Both the position numbers and the translations under genes were made by a program. Below, piece after piece: positions 20,836 through 30,996 of a stretch of 64,000 nucleotides of DNA. The notes beneath the pieces are model-generated. The model was not told the DNA's origin. It searched no databases and was given only the letters and a program-made list of their open reading frames with translations. Origin of the DNA: Rhodospirillaceae bacterium (GTDB lineage: Bacteria > Pseudomonadota > Alphaproteobacteria > UBA6615). How positions within the stretch are numbered: the stretch's first letter is position 1; the number at the start of each line of letters is the position of its first letter. The stretch lies in NCBI GenBank assembly GCA_038140435.1, contig JAYQGE010000017.1, positions 8,481 to 72,480 on the forward strand. The letters run 5' to 3'.

Positions 20836-23118
20836 ATGGCGGAAGACATTCGCGAAGCGGCGCTGCGCTATCATCGGGATGGCCGACCGGGCAAGATCGA
20901 GGTCGTCGCCTCGAAGCCGCTGGCCAACCAGCGCGACCTTTCCAGGGCCTACACGCCCGGGGTCGCCCAGGCGTCGCTCGCGATCGCCGAAGATCCCGCC
21001 CGCGCGGCGGAACTCACGGTGCGAGGGAACCTCGTGGCCGTGGTGACCAACGGAACGGCCGTCCTCGGTCTCGGTGCGATCGGTCCGCTCGCTTCCAAGC
21101 CGGTGATGGAAGGCAAGGGCGTCCTGTTCAAGAAGTTTGCCGACATCGACGTGTTCGACATCGAGGTGGACGAGACGGATGTCGAGAAGTTCGTTGATGT
21201 GGTCGCGGCCCTGGAGCCGACCTTCGGCGGCATCAACCTTGAGGACATCAAGGCGCCCGAGTGCTTCGAGATCGAGAAGCGGCTTCGTGCGCGCATGAAC
21301 ATCCCCGTTTTCCATGACGATCAGCACGGTACGGCGATCATCGTCGGCGCGGCTGTCCGCAATGGGCTGCGGCTCGCGAAGCGCGATATCACGGAGGCCC
21401 GGCTCGTGACGTCGGGCGGCGGCGCGGCGGCGCTGGCCTGCGTCAACCTCCTCGTCGAAATGGGGCTCCCGAAGGAGAACGTGACCCTCACCGACATCGA
21501 GGGCGTGGTCTACAAGGGGCGCGAGAAGGGCATGAACCCCTATCTCGAGGCCTACGCGCAGGAGACCGAGGCCCGGACCCTCGACGATGTGATCGCGGGC
21601 GCGGACATCTTCCTCGGGCTGTCGGCCCCCGGCGTGCTGACCCAGGACATGGTCCGCAAGATGGCCGACACCCCGCTGATCTTCGCGCTGGCCAATCCCA
21701 ACCCTGAAATCCTGCCCGAGGATGCAAAGGCGGCGCGCGCCGACGCGATCATCGCCAGCGGACGCTCGGACTATCCGAACCAGGTCAACAACGTGCTGTG
21801 CTTTCCGCACATCTTCCGCGGTGCGCTCGATGTCGGCGCCACCGACATCAACGAGGCGATGAAGATCGCCGCCGTGGACGCGATCGCGGACCTCGCCATG
21901 CGCGAGACCTCCGATGTGGTCGCGTCGGCCTATGGCGGGCAGGTCTCGAAGTTCGGTGCGGAGTCCATCATTCCGAGCCCCTTCGACCCGCGGCTGATTC
22001 GCGAGGTGGCGCCGGCGGTGGCGCGCGCGGCGATGGAGAGCGGGGTCGCGACGCGGCCGATCGAGGATTTTGACGCCTATCTCGAGCAGCTCGACCGGTT
22101 CGTGTTCCGCTCCGGCCTGCTGATGCGACCGCTCTTTGATCAGGCACGCGTGGACCGGAAGCGCATCGTCTATGCGGAAGGCGAGGACGAGCGGGTTCTG
22201 CGGGCCACGAAGGCCGTCATCGACGAGGGCATTGGCGTGCCGATCCTGATCGGCCGCCCGAAGGTCGTGCAGCGCCGGGTCGAGCGGCTGGGGCTTAACT
22301 TCAGGCCTGGTGAGGATTGCGAGGTCATAAACCCGCAGGACGACCCCCGTTACCGGGACTACTGGACGCTTTATCACCAACTCACCGAACGGAAGGGTGT
22401 CTCGCCCGACGAGGCGCGCACGCGGGTGCGGACCAACAGCACGGTGATCGCGGCGCTGGCGCTGAAGCGCGGCGATGCGGACGCGATGATCTGCGGCACC
22501 GAGGGCCGCTACGACCGGCACCTGCAGCATGTCCGTGATATCGTCGGCATGCGCGCGGATGTGCGCGACATGTCCGCCGTCTCGGTGCTCATCCTGTCGA
22601 AGGGCACCGTTTTCATCACGGACACCTATGTCACGCCCAACCCCTCGGCCGAGGATATCGCGGAGATGACCCACCTGGCGGCGGAGGAAGTGCGCCGGTT
22701 CGGGCTGACGCCGAAGGTGGCGCTCCTGTCGCACTCGAGCTTCGGCAGCTCCAACTCGGAATCGGCGCAGAAGATGCGGCGCGCGCGCCAGCTCGTGCAC
22801 GCGCGCGATCCCGACCTCCATGTCGAGGGCGAGATGCATGCGGATGCCGCGATCGATCCGGAAATCCGCGAACGGATTTTCCCGAACAGCGTCCTCGAGG
22901 GGCAGGCGAACCTGCTCGTGATGCCCGACCAGGATGCGGCAAACATCGCGTTCAATCTTCTGAAGACCCTTGCCGACGGGCTCGCCGTCGGCCCTATCCT
23001 CGTCGGCGGCACCCAATCCGCGCATGTGCTCACGCCGTCGGTCACGGCGCGCGGCGTGCTCAACATGAGCGCCGTCGCCGCGGTCGGCGCGCAGTACGAC
23101 ATGCGCGCGGAAGGCTAG
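20836..23118 (+). CDS. maeB: NADP-dependent malic enzyme (malic + PTA-like domains)
   Basis: ATG at 20836 is preceded by GGAGAAGG, giving 760 aa. ALRYHR..PGKIEV, typical MaeB segments and a C-terminal phosphotransacetylase-like domain. ORF 20794 is an upstream extension. Confidence 0.9.
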   Translation: MAEDIREAALRYHRDGRPGKIEVVASKPLANQRDLSRAYTPGVAQASLAIAEDPARAAELTVRGNLVAVVTNGTAVLGLGAIGPLASKPVMEGKGVLFKKFADIDVFDIEVDETDVEKFVDVVAALEPTFGGINLEDIKAPECFEIEKRLRARMNIPVFHDDQHGTAIIVGAAVRNGLRLAKRDITEARLVTSGGGAAALACVNLLVEMGLPKENVTLTDIEGVVYKGREKGMNPYLEAYAQETEARTLDDVIAGADIFLGLSAPGVLTQDMVRKMADTPLIFALANPNPEILPEDAKAARADAIIASGRSDYPNQVNNVLCFPHIFRGALDVGATDINEAMKIAAVDAIADLAMRETSDVVASAYGGQVSKFGAESIIPSPFDPRLIREVAPAVARAAMESGVATRPIEDFDAYLEQLDRFVFRSGLLMRPLFDQARVDRKRIVYAEGEDERVLRATKAVIDEGIGVPILIGRPKVVQRRVERLGLNFRPGEDCEVINPQDDPRYRDYWTLYHQLTERKGVSPDEARTRVRTNSTVIAALALKRGDADAMICGTEGRYDRHLQHVRDIVGMRADVRDMSAVSVLILSKGTVFITDTYVTPNPSAEDIAEMTHLAAEEVRRFGLTPKVALLSHSSFGSSNSESAQKMRRARQLVHARDPDLHVEGEMHADAAIDPEIRERIFPNSVLEGQANLLVMPDQDAANIAFNLLKTLADGLAVGPILVGGTQSAHVLTPSVTARGVLNMSAVAAVGAQYDMRAEG

Positions 23119-23124
23119 GCGCGC

Positions 23125-24525
23125 GTGAGCCAGCAGCAGGACATCGACGGTGTGACGCAGGGCGCCTACGAGGCCGAGCGCAGCTACGGTATCGACGAGT
23201 CGCTGGTGCGGACCTGCGAGATCGCGCTGTCCGTCGGCCGCGTCGACGAGCTCGACGGCATCATCGACAGCCTGCACGCGTCCGATCTCGCCGACCTGCT
23301 CGAGGAGCTCAGCGTCGACAGCCGGCGCCTCCTGTTCGACCACGTGCGCGACCGGCTCGATCCCGAGCTGCTGACCCATCTCGACGACGTGGTGCGCGAG
23401 GACGTGCTCGAGCAGCTCGAACCGGCCGAGGTCGCGGCGGTCATCACCGAGCTCGAGACGGACGATGCCGTCGATGTCTTCGAGGACGTCGCGGAGGCGG
23501 ATCGCGCGCGCGTTCTTGCCCGCCTGTCGCCGTCCGACCGGGCGCTGGTCGAGCAGGCGCTGACCTATCCCGAGGACAGCGCCGGCCGCCTCATGCAGCG
23601 CGAGCTGGTGACGGTCCCGAAGGACTGGTCGGTCGGCAACTCCATCGACTACATGCGCGAGCGCGCCGCAGAACTGCCGCGCGATTTCTACGAGATCTAC
23701 GTGGTCGACGACGACCGCTGCCCGGTCGGCACGATTCCGCTGTCGCGGCTGATGCGCAACCAGCGCGACGTCCGGATCGACGACATCATGCTGACCGAGC
23801 TGCGCACGGCATATGTCGAGATGGACCAGGAGGAGGCGGCGCTGATGTTCCGCCAGTATGCGCTGCTCTCCGCGCCCGTCGTGAACGACGCCGGGCAGCT
23901 CGTCGGGGTCATCACGGCCGACGATATCGTGCATGTCATCGTCGAGGAGGCGGAGGAGGACATCCTGCGCCTCGGCGGCGTGCACGAGGACGATTTCTAC
24001 GAGGCGGTGTTCGACACCACGCGGGCACGGTTTTCCTGGCTGTTCGTGAACCTCGGGACCGCCATCATCGCCTCGCTGGTGATCGGCCTCTTCGATGCCG
24101 CGATCGAGCAGGTGGTGGCGCTGGCAATCCTGATGCCCATCGTCGCTTCGATGGGCGGCAACGCCGGTACCCAGACGCTGACGGTGGCCGTGCGCGCGCT
24201 CGCGATGAAGGAGCTGACGCCCGCCAACGCCGCGCGCATCATGGGCAAGGAAGTGATCGTGGGCGGGATCAACGGCCTGCTGTTCGCGGTGCTCATGGGA
24301 CTGGTCGCGTGGTTCTGGTTCGGTGAGCCCACCATCGGCTTCATCATCGCGGCGGCGATGGTCTTCAACCTGCTGGTCGCGGGCTTCGCGGGCGTCACCG
24401 TGCCGGTCGTGCTCGACCGTCTGCGCATCGATCCGGCGGTGGGCTCTGCCGTCATTCTCACGACGATCACGGACGTGGTCGGGTTCGTGTCCTTCCTCGG
24501 CCTCGCGGCGCTCGTCCTGCTATGA
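23125..24525 (+). CDS. mgtE: magnesium transporter MgtE
   Basis: 466 aa with MgtE N-domain, CBS pair and a C-terminal TM domain (PIVASMGGNAGTQ). Confidence 0.92.
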   Translation: MSQQQDIDGVTQGAYEAERSYGIDESLVRTCEIALSVGRVDELDGIIDSLHASDLADLLEELSVDSRRLLFDHVRDRLDPELLTHLDDVVREDVLEQLEPAEVAAVITELETDDAVDVFEDVAEADRARVLARLSPSDRALVEQALTYPEDSAGRLMQRELVTVPKDWSVGNSIDYMRERAAELPRDFYEIYVVDDDRCPVGTIPLSRLMRNQRDVRIDDIMLTELRTAYVEMDQEEAALMFRQYALLSAPVVNDAGQLVGVITADDIVHVIVEEAEEDILRLGGVHEDDFYEAVFDTTRARFSWLFVNLGTAIIASLVIGLFDAAIEQVVALAILMPIVASMGGNAGTQTLTVAVRALAMKELTPANAARIMGKEVIVGGINGLLFAVLMGLVAWFWFGEPTIGFIIAAAMVFNLLVAGFAGVTVPVVLDRLRIDPAVGSAVILTTITDVVGFVSFLGLAALVLL

Positions 24526-26441
24526 CCGCCGGAACCGTGTCGCCCTGCGGGACCTGGCCGTCGCCGATCACCGCCCGGATGATCGCGGACACGACGATCT
24601 CGCTGGGTGCCGTGCACGTCGATGGCGACGACATCTACTGGCTGGAGGGGCGGCCGAGCGAGGGCGGCCGGGTCGTCGTGGTGCGGCACACGCCCGATGG
24701 GCCCGAAGACGCGATCCCGGACGGCTTCTCCGCGCGCTCGCGCGTCCATGAGTATGGCGGCGGCGCGGCGATCGTCTCGGCGGGCACGGTGTTTTTCATC
24801 AACTTCGACGATCAGCGTGTCTATCGCGTCGAACGGGGCGCCGAGCCTGTTGCCGTGACGGACGACAGCGGCGACCGGCACGCCGACCTGTTCCACGACC
24901 GGGCGCGAAACAGGCTGCTCGCGGTGCGCGAACAACACACCGCCGACGGCGTGTCCAACGAGCTGGTGTCGATCGACCTCGAAACGGGCGAAAGCACCGT
25001 CCTTGTCGCCGGCCATGACTTCGTCTCCAACCCTCGCGTCTCTCCCGACGGGGGTACGTTGTGCTGGGTCGCCTGGGACCTGCCGGACATGCCCTGGGAC
25101 GCGGCGGCACTGTGGATCGCGGACGTGGATGCTGACGGGACGCTGGCGGGAACCCGCAGGATCGCCGGCGGCGATGGCGTTTCGGTGTTCCAGCCGGTCT
25201 GGGCGCCCGATGGCACGCTCGTGTTTGCCGCCGACCCTAATGGATGGTGGAACCTGCACCGCTGGGACGGCGCGGGCGTTTCGGTCGTGCATGCCATGGA
25301 CGCGGAATTCGGGCTGCCCCAGTGGGTTTTCGGAATGCGCACGACCGATATCGGCTCGTCGGTGCGCGTCGTGACGGCCTACACGCGCGACGGCGAGTGG
25401 CATCTCGCGGAAGTCGAGGGGCAGGAACTCCGCGCCCTCGCGGTACCCTATACGGACATTTCCGCACCCCAGTGGGTCGGCGACAAGCTCGTGTTCATTG
25501 GATCCTCCGCGACATCCGCGTCGTCCATTGTTCTCTTCGATCCCGCGACCGGCGACACCGAGATTCTCCGGACCGCGCTCAGTGTCGATCTGGACCCGGC
25601 GTTCTTCTCCGTGCCGGAGCCCGTCACGTTCGACACCGCCGGCGGCGCTCAGGCATACGGCTTTTACTACCCGCCCCGAAGCGCGACCCATGCAGCCGAT
25701 CCCGACGAGCGCCCGCCGTTGATCGTGCGCGGTCATGGCGGCCCGACCGGGCAGACCTCGCCGTCGTTCAGTCTCGCCATCCAGTACTGGACCAGCCGCG
25801 GTTTTGCCGTGCTGGACGTGAACTATCGCGGTAGCACCGGCTTCGGGCGCGCCTACCGCGAGGCGCTCTACGGGCAGTGGGGAAGCGCGGATGTGGACGA
25901 CATGGTGTACGGGGCGAAACACCTGGTCTCCGCGGGCCGCGCGGACCCGGATCGCCTCGCGATCCGAGGCGGCAGTGCAGGCGGCTACACGGCGCTGGCT
26001 GCGCTGGCGTTCCGCGATGCGTTCTCGGCCGGCGCGAGCCTCTACGGGATCGGCGACCTGATGACGCTCGCCCGCGACACCCACAAGTTCGAGAGCCGCT
26101 ACCTCGATCTGCTCATCGGTCCGCTGCCCGAGACCGAGGCTCTCTACCGGGATCGCTCGCCCATCGAACATGTGGACGCGCTCAATTGCCCCGTGATTTT
26201 CCTGCAGGGCGCGGACGACAAGGTCGTGCCCCCGAATCAGGCCGAGGCGATGGTCGATGCGCTCGACGCAAAGGGCATTCCGGTGGCCTACGTCCTGTTC
26301 GAGGGAGAAGGGCACGGTTTCCGAAAGGCGGGGAATGTTTCCCGGGCCCTGGAATCGGAACTGGCATTCTATGGCCGGGTGTTCGCGTTCGAACCTGCCG
26401 ACGCGCTGCCCGTGCTCGAAATCCGCAACCTGAAGGCCTGA
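24522..26441 (+). CDS. S9-family serine peptidase (prolyl oligopeptidase/acylaminoacyl-peptidase type)
   Basis: 639 aa with a beta-propeller N-terminal half and the catalytic triad context GGSAGGY, GADDKVVP and EGHGF. ATGA overlap with mgtE. Confidence 0.85.
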   Translation: MTAGTVSPCGTWPSPITARMIADTTISLGAVHVDGDDIYWLEGRPSEGGRVVVVRHTPDGPEDAIPDGFSARSRVHEYGGGAAIVSAGTVFFINFDDQRVYRVERGAEPVAVTDDSGDRHADLFHDRARNRLLAVREQHTADGVSNELVSIDLETGESTVLVAGHDFVSNPRVSPDGGTLCWVAWDLPDMPWDAAALWIADVDADGTLAGTRRIAGGDGVSVFQPVWAPDGTLVFAADPNGWWNLHRWDGAGVSVVHAMDAEFGLPQWVFGMRTTDIGSSVRVVTAYTRDGEWHLAEVEGQELRALAVPYTDISAPQWVGDKLVFIGSSATSASSIVLFDPATGDTEILRTALSVDLDPAFFSVPEPVTFDTAGGAQAYGFYYPPRSATHAADPDERPPLIVRGHGGPTGQTSPSFSLAIQYWTSRGFAVLDVNYRGSTGFGRAYREALYGQWGSADVDDMVYGAKHLVSAGRADPDRLAIRGGSAGGYTALAALAFRDAFSAGASLYGIGDLMTLARDTHKFESRYLDLLIGPLPETEALYRDRSPIEHVDALNCPVIFLQGADDKVVPPNQAEAMVDALDAKGIPVAYVLFEGEGHGFRKAGNVSRALESELAFYGRVFAFEPADALPVLEIRNLKA

Positions 26442-26462
26442 TGGGCGAGAACCGGAAGATTC

Positions 26463-27107
26463 ATGAAACTCTATGACTACTGGCGTTCGTCGGCGGCGTT
26501 TCGCATGCGCATCGCGCTCAACCTCAAGGGGCTGGAGGCGGAGCGGGAGTTCATTCATCTCCGACGCAAGGACCAGGTGTCGGACGCCTACCTGGCGGTT
26601 AATCCGCAGGGCCTCGTCCCCACCTTGATCGACGACGATGGCACCCATGTGATCCAGTCGATGGCGATCATGGAATATCTCGACGAGACGCGGCCCGAGA
26701 CCCAACCGCTCATGCCGGGCGACGCTGCTGGCCGCGCCCGTGTGCGCGCGATCTCGCAGGCGATTGCCTGCGATATTCACCCCCTCAACAACCTGCGCGT
26801 TCTGCGCCACCTGGGAAGTGCGTTCGACCTCGACGAAGAGGCCCGCAACGAGCAGTGGTACAAGCACTGGGTCGACGAGGGGATGCGCGGCGTTGAGGGC
26901 TTGCTGGCGGATGGGCTCGGGGGCCGCTTCTGCCATGGCGACAGTCCCACCATGGCGGACGTCTGCCTCGTACCCCAGATCTACAATGCGCAGCGCTTCG
27001 GTTGCGATCTGTCGGCGTTTCCCACCGCGTTGAAGATCAACGAGAACTGTCTCGAAGAGGCCGCGTTCCGCGATGCCCTGCCCGAGAACCAGCCGGACGC
27101 GGAATAG
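26463..27107 (+). CDS. maiA: maleylacetoacetate isomerase (GST zeta)
   Basis: 214 aa starting MKLYDYWRSSAAFRMRIALNLKG, with NPQGLVPTL. Confidence 0.8.
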   Translation: MKLYDYWRSSAAFRMRIALNLKGLEAEREFIHLRRKDQVSDAYLAVNPQGLVPTLIDDDGTHVIQSMAIMEYLDETRPETQPLMPGDAAGRARVRAISQAIACDIHPLNNLRVLRHLGSAFDLDEEARNEQWYKHWVDEGMRGVEGLLADGLGGRFCHGDSPTMADVCLVPQIYNAQRFGCDLSAFPTALKINENCLEEAAFRDALPENQPDAE

Positions 27108-27113
27108 CGCGCG

Positions 27114-27923
27114 CTAGCTGCCCCGCGCTTCGGCGATGAGGGCCCGCATCTGATTCGGGCTCAGTGCGCCGGGGATGAGTCGATCGCCGACGATGAAGGC
27201 GGGGGTGCCGCGCACGCCGATCTGCCGGGCCAGTTGCAGGTTCGCCTGTATCTGGTCCTCGATCTCCGGTGCGCCCATGTCGCGCCGCAGCCGCCCGGCA
27301 TTCATGCCGAGGCGGCCGGCGATCCGAAAAATGGCGGTCTCGGATGGCGCGCCGCGCAGCCGCATGAGCGCCAGGTGGAACTCGGCATACTTGCCCTGTT
27401 TCGCGGCCGCGAGGGCCGCGCGCGCCGCGAGGGACGATTCGGTGCCGAATACCGGGAACTCCTTGAAGACGATCCTGACGTCCGAATCCTCCGCGGCGAG
27501 CGCCGCGAGATCCTCTGCGACCCGCTTGCAGTAGGGGCACTGGTAGTCGAAGAACTCGACGACGGTAACCGATGCCTCGGGGTTGCCGATGAACGGGTCC
27601 CGTCGCGAACCGACGAGCTGATCCGCGTGGGCCGCGATCGCGCCCTGGTTCTGCTGTCGCTGGGTCGCTTCCTGGCGCGCCTGGAGCAGCTCGAGTGCCT
27701 CGACGATCACTTCAGGATTGTCGAGCAGATACTCGCGTACGGTATTGCGAATATCGTTTCGCTGAATTGCGCTGAAGGACGCGTCGGTGCGCTCCGCGCC
27801 CGGCGCTGGAAGTTCGGTGACGATCGGGCCGGAGCGATCTCCGCCGGGAGGGAACATGATCGCCATGGCGACGGCTGCGGCGATGGCTAGCGCCGCCAGG
27901 ATGGGGCCGCGGGATTCCGTCAC
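27114..27923 (-). CDS. DsbA-family thiol:disulfide oxidoreductase
   Basis: 269 aa with a signal/anchor N-terminus and the active site FFDYQCPYCKR. Confidence 0.8.
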   Translation of the reverse strand: MTESRGPILAALAIAAAVAMAIMFPPGGDRSGPIVTELPAPGAERTDASFSAIQRNDIRNTVREYLLDNPEVIVEALELLQARQEATQRQQNQGAIAAHADQLVGSRRDPFIGNPEASVTVVEFFDYQCPYCKRVAEDLAALAAEDSDVRIVFKEFPVFGTESSLAARAALAAAKQGKYAEFHLALMRLRGAPSETAIFRIAGRLGMNAGRLRRDMGAPEIEDQIQANLQLARQIGVRGTPAFIVGDRLIPGALSPNQMRALIAEARGS

Positions 27924-28045
27924 GATGCACCTCCTCGGATCATGGGCGCCGTCTCGAACGGCGCCCCGCGGGGCGGATGATGGTGAACTGCGCGGAACGG
28001 TTCAAGCGGATGGGTGAGGGGTCACGCGATGGTGACCCGGCGCGA

Positions 28046-29398
28046 TCACTGTTTTTCGAGGCGACGCTCCGTCTCGCTCACGATGTCCTGGGCGCGGAGC
28101 CAACCCGGCGCGCCGGTCGGCAGGATGTCGCTTGCGCGCTCGGCCAACGCCTGCGCGGCCTTCACGTCGCCGCCGAGCAGCGTGTACTCGGCCTGCGCGA
28201 GTGCGAGCTCTCCCTGGTTGCCGAGCCGTCCGTTCACGACCGTCAGCAGGCGCCAGGCCTCGCGTATCTGTCGATCCATGCGGACGGCCGCCTGAAGGTT
28301 GGCAAGCGCCGGCTCGAGCAGGTCCTGCCGGCCCGATTCCACCTGCGCCTTGCCCAGCGCGACGCGCAGCAGCGGCTCGCGGGGCGCGAGCTCGACCATG
28401 TGCGTATAGGGCGGCAACGAGTTGGCGACCTGTCCGTTCTCGAGCAGCATCTGCCCCTTGAGTTCATGGAAATACGGATTGTCCGGCTGGTCCGTGATCA
28501 GGGCGTTCACGAGCGGGAGCGCCTTTTTCATGTCGGCGTTGCGATAGTGGCCGATCGCGCGCGCATATCGCGCCGGGACGTCGTCTCGCGTCTCCGGATA
28601 GATGCGCAAGGTGGTCTCCAGCGGTTCCATGAATCCGATCAGCTTCGCGCGCATGTATTCGTGCTTGCGGGCCAGATCCTCGGCGATGGGGGCGTTCGCG
28701 AAACGTGACAGCGCGAGGTGGCCGGACACGGTTGCGATCCGGTCATTCGTGAGCGGATGCGTACTGAGGTAGGGATGCTCGCGGCCGCCGGTGAGGCGTA
28801 TTTCCCGCTGGAGCAGCTCGAAGAACTCGAGCAGCCCGCGCGCGGAGATGCCGGTCGCGTCGAGATACTTGAGCGCCGCCGCGTCCGCCGCCGATTCCTG
28901 GGTCCGGCTGTACTTGAGGAGGCTGGAGAGCGCGGCATCGGTGCCGCCGCCGACGATCGCGCCCGCCACGCGCCCGTCGCCGGTCGCGATACCCGCCGCA
29001 AGACCGGCGAGCAGCGCGATGATGGAGGTCGTCTCGGCATTGCGCAGCTCGTCCTGGAAGCGGGCGAGGTGGCCGCCGGCGATGTGGGCGGCCTCATGGG
29101 CGATCACGCCGATCACTTCTTCGGGACCCTTTGAGCGAACCAGCAGCCCTGTGTTGATGAAAACCCGCTGGCCACCGGCGACAAACGCGTTCAACCGGGC
29201 GTCGTTGACCAGATGCACTTCGACCACGCCACTGTCGAGCCCCGCCGCATTGAAAATTGGCGTCGCATAGCCGCGGATGATATTTTCGATCTCCGCGTCA
29301 CGGACGATACCGATGTTTCGGCCCTGTCCCAGCGCAGGCGTACTCGCCGCCACGGCGAGTACGGTGATCAGGCCGGCCAAACGAACGAACGGACGCAA
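28046..29398 (-). CDS. M48-family metalloprotease with TPR domain (BepA/YfgC-like)
   Basis: TTG at 29398 preceded by GGAGA, giving 450 aa. Signal peptide, HEAAH zinc motif and a C-terminal TPR-like region. The remainder of the 960-aa ORF upstream is antisense to the GGT-like gene. Confidence 0.8.
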   Translation of the reverse strand: MRPFVRLAGLITVLAVAASTPALGQGRNIGIVRDAEIENIIRGYATPIFNAAGLDSGVVEVHLVNDARLNAFVAGGQRVFINTGLLVRSKGPEEVIGVIAHEAAHIAGGHLARFQDELRNAETTSIIALLAGLAAGIATGDGRVAGAIVGGGTDAALSSLLKYSRTQESAADAAALKYLDATGISARGLLEFFELLQREIRLTGGREHPYLSTHPLTNDRIATVSGHLALSRFANAPIAEDLARKHEYMRAKLIGFMEPLETTLRIYPETRDDVPARYARAIGHYRNADMKKALPLVNALITDQPDNPYFHELKGQMLLENGQVANSLPPYTHMVELAPREPLLRVALGKAQVESGRQDLLEPALANLQAAVRMDRQIREAWRLLTVVNGRLGNQGELALAQAEYTLLGGDVKAAQALAERASDILPTGAPGWLRAQDIVSETERRLEKQ

Positions 29399-29464
29399 GT
29401 GTTTATCTCCAGGAATGATCCCCAACGTAGAAACACACGATTGTGGCGTCAATCGGGTCGCGGA

Positions 29465-30988
29465 ATGCTTGTCGGCGGCCTTCTGGCGCTGACGGCGTGC
29501 GGCGGCGGCGGCGGCCCGGAGCAGGGCGATATCGGTTTCGTCGAGGGCTTCTTCGGCGGGCTGATCGCGGATGAGCCGCGTGCAGCGCTTGTCGGCCGCG
29601 AGGTCCTGTCTGCCGGCGGGACCGCGGCGGATGCGGCGGTGGCGGCCTATTTCGCGATGGCTGTCACCCTGCCGGGGGCGGCCAGCATCGGCGGCGGGGG
29701 CGTGTGCCTGGTCCATGATGCGGTCCGGATTCGCACCGAGACGATTTCGTTCATGCCCAAGCGGCCGGCCGATCCGGGCGCCAAATTCGCCATCCCGGGC
29801 AACATCCGGGGCATGTTCCTGCTCCATGCGCGCTATGGCGAGCTCGCCTGGTCCGACATCCTGCGCCCGGCGGAGGATTTCGCCCGGTCGGGACACGCCG
29901 TCTCTCGCGCGTTCGTCCGCGACTTCCAGGCGGCCCGGCCGATCGTTAATTTCGGGCCCGAGGCGCGGCTGGTCTTCGGCGTTGGCGCGGGCGAGATCTC
30001 GGAGGGGCAGCAGCTCCGACAGCTCGAGCTCGGCGCGGTCATGTCGAACCTGCGGACGCTCGGGCCGGGAATTTTCTACGATGGCGTGCTTGGACGTTCC
30101 TTCGTCGATGCCGTCCGCGTCGCCGGGGGGCGGATGACCCTCGACGATCTGCGCAACTATCGGCCGGAAATCCGGTATCCGATCCGTTTTGAACAGGGTG
30201 ACAATATCGTGGCCTTCGCCCCGGAAGGCGGGGGCAGGATCGCAGCGCAAATCTGGGCGGCGGCGCGCGACGACGACCGCTATGACGATGCCGATTCGCG
30301 CGCGCACCTGATGCTCGAGCTCGAGGGCCGGGCATATCAGGCAGATGCGGCGGGGGTGGCCGACCCGGTCTCGCCCGCGGCTGTATCTGCGCTGGTCGCG
30401 GGGCTTTCGGACACGGCCCACAATCCGCCGCGGCCAAGCATTTCGATCCGCGCCGATGCCATCCAGAGCGGCGCGAGCATCGTTGCCGTCGACAACCAGG
30501 GCCGCACCGTGGCCTGCTCGTTCACGATGGGCGGGCCCTTCGGCACCGGCATCATCGCGCCGGGGACGGGAATCCTGTTGGCGCCGCCGCCGGGTGCGCC
30601 GCGCGCATCCGTGCCGACCGTGGCGATGATGGTCAACGAGATCATCGGCCTGACCTTCTTCGCGGCGGCGGGGTCCGGGCCGACGCCGGGTGTGGTCGCC
30701 CGGATCGCGCTCGATACGATCACCGGCGGCGATGAGAACATGATCGGCGCGGTGGCGGCGCCGCGCGTGTTCAGCAGCGGCGGTCCCGACATTGCGCAGG
30801 TGGAAGCCGCGATGCCGGCGGACGAACAGGCCGGGTTGACGGCGCTGGGCCACCGGGTCCGGGAGACCCCGGCCATCGGCCGGGTCAACGGTTTCTTCTG
30901 TCCGCGTGGGTTGCCGCGCACGGTCCAAGTCTGCCAGTTCGTCAAGGATTCGCGGTCGTTCGGGCTAGCGGTCAGTTCGGACGAGTAG
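29465..30988 (+). CDS. gamma-glutamyltransferase-family lipoprotein, apparently lacking the nucleophile Thr
   Basis: ATG at 29465 (alternative TTG at 29441) in the frame of ORF 29213..30988. Lipobox LLALTAC. GGT-like segments (ADEPRAALVGREVLSAGG, FGTGIIAPGTGILL). Confidence 0.7.
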   Translation: MLVGGLLALTACGGGGGPEQGDIGFVEGFFGGLIADEPRAALVGREVLSAGGTAADAAVAAYFAMAVTLPGAASIGGGGVCLVHDAVRIRTETISFMPKRPADPGAKFAIPGNIRGMFLLHARYGELAWSDILRPAEDFARSGHAVSRAFVRDFQAARPIVNFGPEARLVFGVGAGEISEGQQLRQLELGAVMSNLRTLGPGIFYDGVLGRSFVDAVRVAGGRMTLDDLRNYRPEIRYPIRFEQGDNIVAFAPEGGGRIAAQIWAAARDDDRYDDADSRAHLMLELEGRAYQADAAGVADPVSPAAVSALVAGLSDTAHNPPRPSISIRADAIQSGASIVAVDNQGRTVACSFTMGGPFGTGIIAPGTGILLAPPPGAPRASVPTVAMMVNEIIGLTFFAAAGSGPTPGVVARIALDTITGGDENMIGAVAAPRVFSSGGPDIAQVEAAMPADEQAGLTALGHRVRETPAIGRVNGFFCPRGLPRTVQVCQFVKDSRSFGLAVSSDE

Positions 30989-30996
30989 CCGCCACC

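Noticed and set aside
23119-23124. Mg2+ (M-box) riboswitch before mgtE and TPP riboswitch before tenA (61899-61905).
   Set aside because: Only 6-7 nt separate these genes from the preceding stop codons, so no leader can be accommodated.
20758-26936. Very long minus-strand ORFs (20758..23985, 1075 aa; 23997..26936, 979 aa) spanning maeB, mgtE and the S9 peptidase.
   Set aside because: They run antisense across several well-supported plus-strand genes and across gene boundaries. They have low-complexity R/A/G/D/H composition. The same reasoning applies to 5454..7460(-), 10612..12735(-), 36322..38232(-), 44601..47723(-), 3793..5328(-), 53615..55105(-) and 56083..57585(-).
27941-28038. Two GC hairpins (27944-27966 and 28019-28038) between the M48 protease stop and the dsbA-like start, considered as terminators.
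   Set aside because: Neither is followed by a U-tract on the minus (transcribed) strand. They may be mRNA-stabilising or processing structures, but calling them terminators is unsupported.
28046-30928. 960-aa minus-strand ORF that would fuse the M48 protease to a long N-terminal extension.
   Set aside because: The portion upstream of 29398 is antisense to the GGT-like gene and Arg/Pro/Asp-rich. A TTG with a GGAGA Shine-Dalgarno sequence and a signal peptide begins the real protease at 29398.
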